In this document: positions 16,874-26,955 of the stretch, in pieces
Position numbering within the stretch: position 1 is the stretch's first letter
Layout: every line of letters starts with the position of its first letter
Source: Candidatus Saccharimonadota bacterium
Lineage (GTDB): Bacteria; Pseudomonadota; Gammaproteobacteria; Enterobacterales; Enterobacteriaceae
Direction of reading: 5' to 3'
Assembly (NCBI RefSeq): GCF_004296535.1
Contig: NZ_AP018159.1
Location: 30,001 to 62,000 of the forward strand
DNA length: 32,000 nt
Notes under the pieces: model-generated
The model's database searches: none
The model's input: only the letters and a program-made list of their open reading frames with translations
Told to the model about the DNA's origin: nothing
Program-made: the position numbers and the translations under genes

Positions 16874-18679
16874 TTATATTATTTTTTTTCTGTTCATTAA
16901 ATCATTAATCTGAATAGAATTTAATGTTTCATGTTTTATTAAAGCTTCTTTCATTTTATGTAATATATCTATATTATTTATTAAAATTGATTTAGCTCTA
17001 TTATAATTTTTATCTATAATTTTTTTAATTTCTTTATCTATTATTTTATGTGTTTCTTCAGATATTAATTTATTTTTCATATTCTTATTAAATAATATAT
17101 CATTATTATCATTATCTTCAATATATAATGGACCTAATATATCAGAATATCCCCATTTTATTACCATATTTCTCGCAATATCTGTAGCAACTTTTATATC
17201 ATTTTGAGAACCAGTAGAAATTTTATTTTTACCATATATTATTTCTTCTGCTAATCTTCCACCATATAATGTAGATATTTTACTTTCTAATTTTTCTTTA
17301 TCTATACTCAATAGATCTTCTTTAGGTAAAAAAGAAGTAATTCCTAAAGCTTGTCCATGAGGAATAATAGTAACTTTATGTATAGGGTCATAATTAGGAA
17401 CTATCATTCCTACTATAACATGTCCAGACTCATGATAAGCTGTAAACTCTTTTTGAATATCACTTATTATCATAGATTTTCTTTCAGAACCTAATATTAA
17501 TTTATCTTTAGCAAATTCAAAATCTTCCATAGAAACCATACTTTTTTTATTTTTAGCCGCTATTAAAGAAGCTTCATTTACTAAATTTGCTAAATCAGCT
17601 CCAGAAAAACCAGAAGTAGATCTAGCAATTGTATTACAATTTACATCTAAATCTAGTGGAACATTTTTCATATGTATTTTAAGTATTTTTTCTCTTCCAG
17701 ATATATCTGGTAAACCAACAAAAATTCTTCTATCAAATCTACCAGGTCTTAATAAAGCTTTATCTAAAACATCTGGTCTATTTGTAGCTGCTATTATAAT
17801 AACATTTTCATTTTTATTAAAACCATCCATTTCTACTAATATTTGATTTAAAGTTTGTTCTCTTTCGTCATGACCTCCACCTAATCCAGATCCTCTTTGT
17901 CTTCCAACAGCATCTATCTCATCAATAAATATTATACATGGTGATATTTTTTTAGCTTGATCAAACATATCTCTAACTCTAGAAGCTCCAACTCCAACAA
18001 ACATTTCTACAAAATCAGATCCAGATATATTAAAAAAAGGAACTTTAGATTCTCCAGCAACAGCTCTAGCTAATAAAGTTTTACCTGTTCCAGGAGGACC
18101 TATCATTAGTATTCCTTTTGGAATTTTTCCTCCTAATTTTTTAAAAAATAATGGTTCTTTTAAAAACTCAACTATTTCTCTAACTTCCTCTTTTGCTTCA
18201 TCACAACCTTCAATATCATTGAATGTTGTTTTTATTTCATTTTCTAAAAATATCTTTGCTTTATTTTTTCCAAACGAAAATATATTTTTATTTCCTGAAT
18301 TTATTTGTTTTATAAAAAAAATCCATACTATTATTAGTAATATCATAGGAAACCAAGATATAAATATTGTAGTAAATATACTATTTTCTTGTGTAGGTTC
18401 TCCTACTATTTTTACATTTTTATCTAATAATATATTTAATAACTTAGAATCATAAATAGGTATATAAGTTATATAATGATTTCTATCTTTTCTTGTTACA
18501 GAAATTTCTCTACCATTTATATTAACTTCTTTTATTTGATCTTGATTAAGTTCATACATAAAAGTAGAGTAATCTACTTTTTCATTATTATATAAATTAA
18601 AATTAAAATTTTGAAATAAAAACATTAAAATTAATGATATAAACAACCATATAATAAAATTTTTTATTAAATCAGTCAA
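16874..18679 (-). CDS. ftsH: ATP-dependent zinc metalloprotease FtsH
   Basis: 601-aa ORF with Walker A GPPGTGKT, Walker [10 protein letters not shown], the second region of homology, and the zinc motif HESGH. The start codon is TTG (18679-18677), with a GAGG Shine-Dalgarno motif 8 nt upstream. Confidence 0.98.
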   Translation of the reverse strand: MTDLIKNFIIWLFISLILMFLFQNFNFNLYNNEKVDYSTFMYELNQDQIKEVNINGREISVTRKDRNHYITYIPIYDSKLLNILLDKNVKIVGEPTQENSIFTTIFISWFPMILLIIVWIFFIKQINSGNKNIFSFGKNKAKIFLENEIKTTFNDIEGCDEAKEEVREIVEFLKEPLFFKKLGGKIPKGILMIGPPGTGKTLLARAVAGESKVPFFNISGSDFVEMFVGVGASRVRDMFDQAKKISPCIIFIDEIDAVGRQRGSGLGGGHDEREQTLNQILVEMDGFNKNENVIIIAATNRPDVLDKALLRPGRFDRRIFVGLPDISGREKILKIHMKNVPLDLDVNCNTIARSTSGFSGADLANLVNEASLIAAKNKKSMVSMEDFEFAKDKLILGSERKSMIISDIQKEFTAYHESGHVIVGMIVPNYDPIHKVTIIPHGQALGITSFLPKEDLLSIDKEKLESKISTLYGGRLAEEIIYGKNKISTGSQNDIKVATDIARNMVIKWGYSDILGPLYIEDNDNNDILFNKNMKNKLISEETHKIIDKEIKKIIDKNYNRAKSILINNIDILHKMKEALIKHETLNSIQINDLMNRKKII

Positions 18680-18718
18680 AATTAAAACCTCATAAAAATT
18701 TGATAATTAAAAAATCTT

Positions 18719-19309
18719 TTATAAAAAATTTTTAGCTATAATATAAAATTCTCTAGAAAAAGATTTAGATGAATTTGGTTTAAAAATTTTTATTTCATTA
18801 AAATATAAACTAATTTTTTTAATAAATAAATTAATATTTGGATTTTGTAAAAATTTAGTTATTAAAAAACCACCTTTTAATAATTTTTTTAAACTTATTT
18901 TAAAAGCTATATTTAAAAAATTAATATTATTATAATTATCTATTAATTTAAAACCTGAAGTATTAGATAACATATCTGATATAACAGCATTAACTTTATC
19001 ATGTTTAATAAAATTAATAAAATTATTATAATCATTTATATTATTTAAATCTCCTTTAAAAAAATTTACATTATATAAACTTTTCATATAAATTATATCA
19101 CATGCATATATAGAATTTACTTTAATATATTTAGATAAAAATAATGACCAACCTCCTGGTGAAGATCCTAAATCTATAACATTCATATATTTTTTAAATA
19201 AATTAAATTTATTATTAATTTCATATATTTTAAACCATGATCTAGACCTTAAATTTAATTTTTTTGATTTTTTATAATAAAAATCATTTAAATATTTTTT
19301 TTTTATCAT
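18719..19309 (-). CDS. rlmE: 23S rRNA (U2552-2'-O)-methyltransferase RlmE/FtsJ
   Basis: 196-aa ORF with RSRSWFKIYEIN and the SAM-binding motif VIDLGSSPGGWS, followed by DMLSNTSG. It lies directly upstream of ftsH as in E. coli. Confidence 0.9.
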   Translation of the reverse strand: MIKKKYLNDFYYKKSKKLNLRSRSWFKIYEINNKFNLFKKYMNVIDLGSSPGGWSLFLSKYIKVNSIYACDIIYMKSLYNVNFFKGDLNNINDYNNFINFIKHDKVNAVISDMLSNTSGFKLIDNYNNINFLNIAFKISLKKLLKGGFLITKFLQNPNINLFIKKISLYFNEIKIFKPNSSKSFSREFYIIAKNFL

Positions 19310-19339
19310 AATATAAATATAATGTATCTATTTTAATTT

Positions 19340-19825
19340 TTAAATATATTCTATTTTTAGTAATTTATATTCTTTTAAACCATTAGGAGTATTAATTTTA
19401 ACTATAGAATTAATTTTTTTTCCTATAAATGATTTTGCTATAGGAGAAAATATTGATATTTTATTTTTATTTATATCAGCTTCATCTTCTCCTACTATAC
19501 AATATTTATATATTTTATTGTCATTTGTATTTTCTATTAATATAGTAGATCCAAATATAACTCTATTACAAAAAGAAATTTTTTTTATATCTATTACAAT
19601 AGCATTAAGTAATTTATTTTCTATTTCTTTAATTCTATTTTCACATAACAATTGTTGTTCTTTTGCGTATTGATATTCAAAATTTTCTTTTAAATCTCCA
19701 TGTTTTCTAGCATCAGATATTTCTTTTATTATTTTAGGTCTTTTGACATTTTTTAAAAAAATTAATTCTTCTTTAAGAACTTTTTCACCATAAACAGTCA
19801 TTGGTATATTATTTTTCATAATCAT
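19340..19825 (-). CDS. greA: Transcription elongation factor GreA
   Basis: 161-aa ORF. IPMTVYGEKVLKEELIFLKNVKRPKIIKEISDARKHGDLKENFEYQYAKEQQLLCENRIKEIENKL is collinear with E. coli GreA. Confidence 0.95.
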   Translation of the reverse strand: MIMKNNIPMTVYGEKVLKEELIFLKNVKRPKIIKEISDARKHGDLKENFEYQYAKEQQLLCENRIKEIENKLLNAIVIDIKKISFCNRVIFGSTILIENTNDNKIYKYCIVGEDEADINKNKISIFSPIAKSFIGKKINSIVKINTPNGLKEYKLLKIEYI

Positions 19826-19848
19826 AATAAAAAAAATTAAAAAATTAT

Positions 19849-20856
19849 TTATTTAAAAAAATTGTATATATTTTTAATAAGTTTATCTATATTTAAATTA
19901 TAATTAATAGATGAAATTATATAATAATTAAATTTTAATTTAAATATATTAAATAGTTTATCTATTTTATATTTTACATCATCAAAATTATATAAATCTA
20001 ATTTATTAAAAATAATCCAAATAACTTTATCTTGTAAATTTATATTATTTATTTTAAATTCTTTCAAAATACTATGTAAATATTTATCAAATTTTATATA
20101 TTTATCATACAATATAGATATATTTATAACATGTAATAATAATTTACACGAATTTAAATGATATAAATATTTAGATTTAGTAATTTTAAATTTATTTTCA
20201 AATATTATTCCTGGAGTATCTAATAATAATAAATTTTTATAATTATTTTTAATAACACCTATTCTAGGATATATAGTTGTAAATTTATAATTAGATATTT
20301 TAATATTGTTTATTTTTGTAATTATTTTAAATAAAGATGATTTTCCAGAATTTATTAATCCAAATATTCCAATATCAGAAATTAACATTAATTTAAATTG
20401 AATTATCTTATATTCACCAAGTTTACCTTTAGTAAATATTTTAGGACTTCTTTTTATAGAAGATTTAAAACTTTTATTACCTAATCCCTTTTTACCTCCT
20501 TTTGCTATTAAAATTTTTATATTTTTTTTATATAAATTATAAATTACTTCTTTTGTTTCAAAATTAATTAAAGTAGTTCCTATAGGCACATATATTATTA
20601 TATCTTCTCCTTTCTTACCAGATTTACTATTTCTACTTCCATTTAAACCATTTTTACCATAAATATATTTTTTATTATAAAAATTTAATAGACAATATTT
20701 TAATTCACTAGAACAAATATATATATTACCTCCATCACCTCCATTTCCTCCATCAGGCTTTGATTTGTTAAATTTATTTTTTTTAGAAAAACTTAAACAT
20801 CCATTGCCACCATTTCCAGCTTTAATATTAATTATTATATTATCTAAAAATTTCAT
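19849..20856 (-). CDS. obgE: GTPase ObgE/CgtA (lacks C-terminal extension)
   Basis: 335-aa ORF. Glycine-rich Obg fold ([42 protein letters not shown]), G1 [10 protein letters not shown]3 DTPG, G4 NKLD. Its ATG overlaps the rpmA stop (ATGA). Confidence 0.94.
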   Translation of the reverse strand: MKFLDNIIINIKAGNGGNGCLSFSKKNKFNKSKPDGGNGGDGGNIYICSSELKYCLLNFYNKKYIYGKNGLNGSRNSKSGKKGEDIIIYVPIGTTLINFETKEVIYNLYKKNIKILIAKGGKKGLGNKSFKSSIKRSPKIFTKGKLGEYKIIQFKLMLISDIGIFGLINSGKSSLFKIITKINNIKISNYKFTTIYPRIGVIKNNYKNLLLLDTPGIIFENKFKITKSKYLYHLNSCKLLLHVINISILYDKYIKFDKYLHSILKEFKINNINLQDKVIWIIFNKLDLYNFDDVKYKIDKLFNIFKLKFNYYIISSINYNLNIDKLIKNIYNFFK

Positions 20857-21125
20857 AATTTATTAATATCTTTATATAAAGGTATAACACTTACAAAAGT
20901 TTTTTTTCTTGATTTATTAAATAACACTCTACCATATACTAATGAATATAATGTATAATCTTTTCCACATCCAACATTAACTCCTGGTTTAATTTTAGTG
21001 CCTCTTTGTCTAACAATTATATTACCCGATTTTACTATTTGAAGACCAAATTTTTTAATACCAAGTCTTTTACCAACAGAATCTCTACCATTTTTAGTAG
21101 ATCCAGCAGCTTTTTTATGTGCCAT
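20853..21125 (-). CDS. rpmA: 50S ribosomal protein L27
   Basis: 90-aa [63 protein letters not shown] is nearly collinear with E. coli L27. It ends at a TGA stop. Confidence 0.97.
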   Translation of the reverse strand: MAHKKAAGSTKNGRDSVGKRLGIKKFGLQIVKSGNIIVRQRGTKIKPGVNVGCGKDYTLYSLVYGRVLFNKSRKKTFVSVIPLYKDINKL

Positions 21126-21133
21126 ATTTTTTT

Positions 21134-21442
21134 TTAAATTATATTTAATATTTTTATTTTTGTAAAAATATTTCTAAAATTAAATTTTTTTAATTGATGT
21201 TTTCTTCTTTTAAATTTTATTATTTTTATTTTTTCACTTCTAAAATGATTTAATATTAAAATTATTACTTTTCTATTTTTTATATATGGATCACCTATTA
21301 TTAAATTATTATTATCATTAATTAATAATATTTTATTAATTTCTATTTTAGAATTTATAGGATAATTTAATCTATTTAAACAAATTATATTATTTTCTTC
21401 TAATAAAAATTGTTTACTAAATATATCTACAACAACATACAT
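21134..21442 (-). CDS. rplU: 50S ribosomal protein L21
   Basis: 102-aa ORF upstream of rpmA with the motif [28 protein letters not shown] (E. coli: [28 protein letters not shown]). A GAGG Shine-Dalgarno motif lies upstream. Confidence 0.93.
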   Translation of the reverse strand: MYVVVDIFSKQFLLEENNIICLNRLNYPINSKIEINKILLINDNNNLIIGDPYIKNRKVIILILNHFRSEKIKIIKFKRRKHQLKKFNFRNIFTKIKILNII

Positions 21443-21465
21443 ATATACCTCAATTTTTTTTAAAA

Positions 21466-21672
21466 TTAAAATAAATTTTTATATTTTTTATTAAATTTTC
21501 CTATTCTTCCTATATTATCTATAAATTTTATTTTACCAGTATAAAATGAATGACATTTGTAACAAACATCTATATTAAAATCATTAGATATAGTAGATTT
21601 AATATTAAATTTATTTGAACAAGAACAAGTAACAACTATATCAAATTTTTTTGGATGAATATTTTTTTTCAT
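21466..21672 (-). CDS. rpmE: 50S ribosomal protein L31 (Cys-containing type)
   Basis: 68-aa ORF MKKNIHPKKFDIVVTCSCSNKFNIKSTISNDFNIDVCYKCHSFYTGK..GRIGKFNKKY, with the CxC...CxxC pattern retained. Confidence 0.93.
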   Translation of the reverse strand: MKKNIHPKKFDIVVTCSCSNKFNIKSTISNDFNIDVCYKCHSFYTGKIKFIDNIGRIGKFNKKYKNLF

Positions 21673-21723
21673 AATATTTTATTTTTTTAAAAAATTTTTT
21701 ATAAATTATTAAAAATAACATAA

Positions 21724-21882
21724 CTATTTTTCTAAAATATATAAAATATGTTTTCTAATATTAGGATCAAATTTTTTTAAACTTAAATTTAAAATTTTTG
21801 ATTTATTACATTTTTTTTTTATATAAAAATGTTTACTTTGTGTAGAAATTAATTTTATTATTTTTTTATTTTTCTTTGACAT
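21724..21882 (-). CDS. rpmG: 50S ribosomal protein L33
   Basis: Absent from the ORF track (52 aa). Manual translation from ATG 21882-21880 to TAG 21726-21724 gives MSKKNKKIIKLISTQSKHFYIKKKCNKSKILNLSLKKFDPNIRKHILYILEK. This is collinear with E. coli L33 (..KIKLVSSAGTGHFYTTTKN....LELRKFDPVVRQHVIYKE). It lies 10 nt downstream of rpmB, as in the rpmBG operon. Confidence 0.87.
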   Translation of the reverse strand: MSKKNKKIIKLISTQSKHFYIKKKCNKSKILNLSLKKFDPNIRKHILYILEK

Positions 21883-21892
21883 TTTCTAATAA

Positions 21893-22114
21893 TTAATATT
21901 TTATTTTAAACTTACTTAAAGTTTTTTCTATGCCATTTTTAGCTAATATTCTTAAAGCCTTTGAAGATAATTTTAATTTAATAAATTTCAATTTACTACT
22001 AATCCACACTTTTTTATTATGTATATTTGGATAAAATTTTCTTTTTGTAGATTTCATAGAATTAGATCTATTATTTCCTATAGTAGTTTTTTTTTTAGTA
22101 ATTAAACAAAACAT
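21893..22114 (-). CDS. rpmB: 50S ribosomal protein L28
   Basis: 73-aa ORF. TTIGNNRSNSMKSTKRKFYPNIHNKKVWISSKLKFIKLKLSSKALRILAKNGIE aligns with E. coli L28 ([53 protein letters not shown]). Confidence 0.92.
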   Translation of the reverse strand: MFCLITKKKTTIGNNRSNSMKSTKRKFYPNIHNKKVWISSKLKFIKLKLSSKALRILAKNGIEKTLSKFKIKY

Positions 22115-22124
22115 AAAATAAATT

Positions 22125-23096
22125 TTAAATATTTTTTTTAAATAAATTATTTATAATATTAAATCTATCCAAAGCAATTTTATTGGCATTTTTATTACCA
22201 TTTATTAAAATTTTTTTTAAATAAGATTCGTTATCTCTAATAATATAATATTTTTTCTGTATATTATATAATTTTTTAAATATTATATCTACAACATATT
22301 TTTTAAATACAAAATAATTTTTATTTTTAAATTCACATTCTATTTCAGAAATAGAAATGTTAGTTAATTTATGTATTATATATATTAAATTTGAAATACC
22401 AGGTTTATTTTTTATATCGTATTTTATAATAGGAGGATTATTAGAATCAGTAATACATTTATTTATTTTATTTCTAATAGATTCTTTGTTATCTAACAAT
22501 GATATATAACTATAATAGTTATCAGATTTTGACATTTTCTTTCTAGGATTTGATAAAGACATTATATAATTACTATTTATAGAAAATTTTGGAATGTTAA
22601 ATATATTACCATATAAATTATTAAATTTATTTGCTATATACTTAGATAGTGATACATTTTTTATTTGATCTAATCCTATAGGAACAATGTTTGAATTATA
22701 TAATAATATATCTGAAGTCATTAATATAGAATATATATAATAACTTACATTTTTATTAAAATTATCCTTTTCAAATTTATATATTTTTTTTATTTTATTA
22801 AATTTTAAGATAGAAGAAAAAATCCAAAATAATTTAAGATGTTCTGCTACACTAGATTGTAAAAATAATATATTATCATTAATATTAATATCAAGAGATA
22901 TTAATACGGATATTATATTAAATATAAATTTATTAGTATCAAATACTTTATTAGTTAATGCATGCAAATCTGCTATACAAAAAAAACATTTAAAAGAATC
23001 TTGCATATTTATCCATTGTGATAATACAGATATATAATTACCTAAAGTTAAATCTCCAGATGGTTGAATTCCACTAAATAGTATTAATTTATCCAT
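22125..23096 (-). CDS. trpS: Tryptophanyl-tRNA synthetase
   Basis: 323-aa ORF. ILFSGIQPSGDLTLGNY aligns to the HIGH-region equivalent, and the KMSKS loop is present as KKMSKSD. Collinear with E. coli TrpRS. Confidence 0.95.
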   Translation of the reverse strand: MDKLILFSGIQPSGDLTLGNYISVLSQWINMQDSFKCFFCIADLHALTNKVFDTNKFIFNIISVLISLDININDNILFLQSSVAEHLKLFWIFSSILKFNKIKKIYKFEKDNFNKNVSYYIYSILMTSDILLYNSNIVPIGLDQIKNVSLSKYIANKFNNLYGNIFNIPKFSINSNYIMSLSNPRKKMSKSDNYYSYISLLDNKESIRNKINKCITDSNNPPIIKYDIKNKPGISNLIYIIHKLTNISISEIECEFKNKNYFVFKKYVVDIIFKKLYNIQKKYYIIRDNESYLKKILINGNKNANKIALDRFNIINNLFKKNI

Positions 23097-23153
23097 TTAA
23101 AAATATTATAATATTAATAAAATAATTTAATAATAATAATAATTATAATATTT

Positions 23154-23672
23154 ATGAACAAAAAATCAATAAATAATACTAAAGATTTCTATGTTACTAT
23201 AGAAATACCAAAAGGAAATTTTGTAAAATATGAAATAAATAAAAAAAATAATAATATATATGTTGATAGATTTATTAACGCTCCAATTCCATATCCATTT
23301 AATTATGGATATATAAATAATACACTTAGTTTAGATAATGATTACTTAGACTCTGTAATAATATCAAAGTATAAAATATATCCAAATTCTATAATGTTAT
23401 GTAGATCAATAGGAATGTTATTAATGGAAGACGAATCTGGAATTGATAACAAAATAATATGCGTTCCTAGTAATAATATTTCAAAAGATTATAAAAATAT
23501 AAATAATATATACGATATTTCAAATAATTATTTAAACAAAATAAAATTTTTTTTTAAATATTATAAAAAAATGGATTCTAATAAATGGTCTAAAATAATA
23601 TGTTTTAAAGACAAAAAAGAATCTTATAAAGAAATATTTAATTCAATAGAAAGATTTAAAAAAAATAAATAA
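23154..23672 (+). CDS. ppa: Inorganic pyrophosphatase
   Basis: 172-aa ORF. YVTIEIPKGNFVKYEINKKNNNIYVDRFINAPIPYPFNYGYINNTLSLDNDYLDSV is collinear with E. coli Ppa, and the catalytic Asp triad pattern D-x-D-x-x-D is retained. Confidence 0.93.
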   Translation: MNKKSINNTKDFYVTIEIPKGNFVKYEINKKNNNIYVDRFINAPIPYPFNYGYINNTLSLDNDYLDSVIISKYKIYPNSIMLCRSIGMLLMEDESGIDNKIICVPSNNISKDYKNINNIYDISNNYLNKIKFFFKYYKKMDSNKWSKIICFKDKKESYKEIFNSIERFKKNK

Positions 23673-23682
23673 AATTTTTTTT

Positions 23683-24558
23683 CTACATTTTAATTAAAAT
23701 ATCTCCAAACAATATTTTATTATTTTCTTTAATATTTTTATAAAATTTTATTTTTTTGTTATTTTGAAAAATTAACATTATACTAGATCCTAACATAAAT
23801 TTTCCAATTTCATCTCCTTTTTTAAAAAAAAAACCATTATTATTATAATCCCAAATCCCAGATTCAGTAGAATAATTTTTATTAACTATTCCATGCCAAT
23901 TTAAATAAATATTTCCAACAATTATAGATCCAATAAATATTTTTAATACATATCCAAAATTAGTTTTTAATAAACAAGATACTCTTTCATTTTGAAATAA
24001 TTTAGAATAAGATCCTAAATAACTATTAGTATTAACTGTATTTAAATTTCCAGTAGTATAAATCATTTTTTTTATAAAACCGTTATATATCATATGTATT
24101 CTATGATAATTAGAAGGAGATAAATATATTATTATATAATTTCCATTATTAAAATAATTAATACAATTTATATCTTGTACTATATTATATAAAGAATAAT
24201 TTTTTCCTTTTATAAAAACATTATTTTTATAATCTATTTTACCTATTTTAGTTATTAATCCATCAACAGGAGAAATAATTATATTATTATTATTATTTAT
24301 AATTCTATTATTTTTTAATTTTCTACAAAAAAAATCATTAAAAGAATTATATTCATTAATATTTTTTTCATATTCATTAATATTTATTTTAAATATTAAT
24401 ATATAAATTTTTATAAAAAGTATATTTATAATACCTAAATTTTTATTAGATATATAAAAAATAAATTTGTTAATTTTTTTTTTTATTTTTTCTAAAATCA
24501 TATAAATTAAATTATTATCATTTATTAATATATAATATATATTAATAATTATATACAA
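23683..24558 (-). CDS. psd: Phosphatidylserine decarboxylase proenzyme
   Basis: SFNDFFCRKL (E. coli TFNEFFVRPL), YLSPSNYHRIHM (YLSPRDYHRVHM) and the self-cleavage motif LGSS (E. coli LGST). The track start (24558) is TTG and probably over-extended; the ATG at 24501 (MILEKIKKK...) is a plausible true start. Confidence 0.88.
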   Translation of the reverse strand: MYIIINIYYILINDNNLIYMILEKIKKKINKFIFYISNKNLGIINILFIKIYILIFKININEYEKNINEYNSFNDFFCRKLKNNRIINNNNNIIISPVDGLITKIGKIDYKNNVFIKGKNYSLYNIVQDINCINYFNNGNYIIIYLSPSNYHRIHMIYNGFIKKMIYTTGNLNTVNTNSYLGSYSKLFQNERVSCLLKTNFGYVLKIFIGSIIVGNIYLNWHGIVNKNYSTESGIWDYNNNGFFFKKGDEIGKFMLGSSIMLIFQNNKKIKFYKNIKENNKILFGDILIKM

Positions 24559-24643
24559 AATAAAAAATTTTAATATATTTTTTATAAAAAGGTAAAATAA
24601 AAATAAATAAATAATAAATATAAAATATTATAAATTAATAAAT

Positions 24644-25195
24644 ATGAATATCTTAAAAAATAATAATAATTTAATATGGATAGACTTAGAAATGACTGGA
24701 TTAAATCCTAATACATGTAAAATAATAGAAATAGCAACTATAATAACAGATTATAATTTAAATATTTTAGCAAAGGGTCCAGAATATACTATATATCAAT
24801 CTTCTAAATATCTATCTTTAATGGACAAATGGAATATAAATACTCATACAAATAGTGGATTAATACATAAAGTAAAAAATAGTCTTATTAATGAAGAAGA
24901 AGCTGAAGAAAAAACATTAGAATTTTTATCAAAATGGGTAGATTTTAAAAAATCACCAATGTGTGGAAATAATGTTAGTCATGATAGAAAATTTTTAATT
25001 AAATATATGCCAAAATTAGAAAATTATTTTCATTATCATCATGTAGATGTAAATTCAATAAAAGAATTGGTTAAAAGATGGAAACCTGAAATACTTAATA
25101 ATTTTAAAAAAAAAAATAAACATAGAGCACTAATTGATATATATGAATCAATAGAAGAATTAATTTTTTATAGAAAATATTTTATATATTCATAA
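24644..25195 (+). CDS. orn: Oligoribonuclease
   Basis: 183-aa ORF with DEDDh exonuclease motifs: NLIWIDLEMTGLNP, GNNVSHDRKFL, HHVDVNSIKEL and HRALIDIYESIEEL. Confidence 0.93.
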   Translation: MNILKNNNNLIWIDLEMTGLNPNTCKIIEIATIITDYNLNILAKGPEYTIYQSSKYLSLMDKWNINTHTNSGLIHKVKNSLINEEEAEEKTLEFLSKWVDFKKSPMCGNNVSHDRKFLIKYMPKLENYFHYHHVDVNSIKELVKRWKPEILNNFKKKNKHRALIDIYESIEELIFYRKYFIYS

Positions 25196-25206
25196 ATTTT
25201 TTTAAA

Positions 25207-26145
25207 ATGAAAAAATTACCAATATTATTTATTATAGGTCAAACAGCTTCAGGAAAAACTGATTTATCTATCAAAATTAAATCAATATTCCCATCATTAA
25301 TAGAAATAGTAAATATGGATTCATTATCAATATATAGAGATATGAATATAGGAACAGCAAAAGTTTCAAAAGAAATACTAGATAAATACCCTCATAAATT
25401 AATAAATATAAGAGATCCATCTCAAAATTATTCTGTAAAAGAATACTATAAAGATGCTATAAATGTTATAAATATGTGTCATATAAATAAAAAAATACCA
25501 TTATTTTGTGGAGGAAGTATGTTTTATTTTAACACATTAATAAATGGAATATCTGAATACAATATGGTTAATTTTACAAAAGTAAAAACATTTATTAACT
25601 ATAAATTTAGTAATTATATTGATAATAAAAAAATATTTAATAATGTAAATAATATTTATAAAAAATTTAAAAATAATAACGAATACAAAAATATATATAA
25701 AATTAAAAAAATATTATCTATATTTATAACACAAGGTTTTATAAAATATAATTTTAAAAAATTAAATAAAAAATATAATCTATATAAATTTTGTATATTA
25801 AATAATAAAGATAATATAGAAAAAATAATAAAAAATAGATTTTTTAAAATGATAAAAAATGGATTTGAAAATGAAGTTAGAATTCTTTATAACAGAGGAG
25901 ATTTGAATATAGAAAACAATAAATCAATTAGATCTATTGGATATAAAGAGATGTGGCTATATTTACTAGGAAAAATTTCATATAAAAGTTTTATAGAAAA
26001 AACAATAAAATCTAATATGATTTTAATAAAAAATCAAAATAAATGGATAAAAAAAATAAAAAAAAATTTATTATTTATGGAAAATAATGAATTATATAAT
26101 AAAAAGATTATTAATATAATATATAATATTAAAAATAATATTTAA
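25207..26145 (+). CDS. miaA: tRNA dimethylallyltransferase MiaA
   Basis: 312-aa ORF with P-loop IIGQTASGKTDLSI, then NMDSLSIYRDMNIGTAK and GGSMFYFNTLINGIS. Collinear with E. coli MiaA and upstream of hflK. Confidence 0.9.
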   Translation: MKKLPILFIIGQTASGKTDLSIKIKSIFPSLIEIVNMDSLSIYRDMNIGTAKVSKEILDKYPHKLINIRDPSQNYSVKEYYKDAINVINMCHINKKIPLFCGGSMFYFNTLINGISEYNMVNFTKVKTFINYKFSNYIDNKKIFNNVNNIYKKFKNNNEYKNIYKIKKILSIFITQGFIKYNFKKLNKKYNLYKFCILNNKDNIEKIIKNRFFKMIKNGFENEVRILYNRGDLNIENNKSIRSIGYKEMWLYLLGKISYKSFIEKTIKSNMILIKNQNKWIKKIKKNLLFMENNELYNKKIINIIYNIKNNI

Positions 26146-26172
26146 ATTTAATTAAAATAATAATATAATTAA

Positions 26173-26907
26173 ATGAAAAAATTTATGAAATGTGTATATA
26201 ATTTAGTTAATAAATTTATAACTAATTATAATAAAATATATAATAATATATTTTTTTATATAAGTTTTTTATTAATAATAATTGTATTTTTTTGGTTTAT
26301 AAAAGGATTTTATATTATTAAAAAAAATGAAAAAGCTACTATATTAAGATTTGGAAAATATTATAATATAAAAAATTCTGGTATAAATTGGATTATATAT
26401 GGAATAGATAATGTAAAAATAATTAACACTAAAAATATTAATAATATAAATTCTTTAAATCTTATATTTACAAAAGATGAAAATTTAATTTATATAAAAA
26501 CTAATATAAAATATTCAATTATTGATTTAAAAAAATATTTAATAAATATAAATAATATAAAATTTAACATAAATAATATTATAGATAGTATTATTTTAGA
26601 AAATTCAAATAAATTTTCATTTAATGAATTATTAGATAATAACAAAAAAAAAATTTTAAAAGAAATTTTTTTAAAAAATATAAATTTAAAAATAAATGAG
26701 TTAGATATTGGTATAAATATAATTGAAGTTGATATAAAAAAAATATATCCACCAGAAGAAATAAAAAAATATATTTATAATAATACTTTATTGATTGAAA
26801 AATTTAAACTAGAAAATAAAAAAAAAATTGAAGAATATAATAATTATATAAAATATAAATTTAATATATATTCAATAATAATTAATAATAAGATAAAATC
26901 ATTATAA
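26173..26907 (+). CDS. hflK: FtsH modulator HflK (SPFH/band-7), shortened
   Basis: 244-aa ORF with one N-terminal TM segment, then GFYIIKKNEKATILRFGKYYNIKNSGINW (E. coli GFYTIKESERGVVTRFGKFSHLVEPGLNW) and ...YPPEEIKK (E. coli ARPPEEVKA). It lies between miaA and hflC. Confidence 0.8.
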   Translation: MKKFMKCVYNLVNKFITNYNKIYNNIFFYISFLLIIIVFFWFIKGFYIIKKNEKATILRFGKYYNIKNSGINWIIYGIDNVKIINTKNINNINSLNLIFTKDENLIYIKTNIKYSIIDLKKYLININNIKFNINNIIDSIILENSNKFSFNELLDNNKKKILKEIFLKNINLKINELDIGINIIEVDIKKIYPPEEIKKYIYNNTLLIEKFKLENKKKIEEYNNYIKYKFNIYSIIINNKIKSL

Positions 26908-26955
26908 TAAAAACAAAAAAATAAATAATAAATAAAATAAAAAAAAATTAGCTTC

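Noticed and set aside
18219-18455. 78-aa plus-strand ORF antisense to ftsH
   Set aside because: It is a shadow ORF inside ftsH with no independent support.
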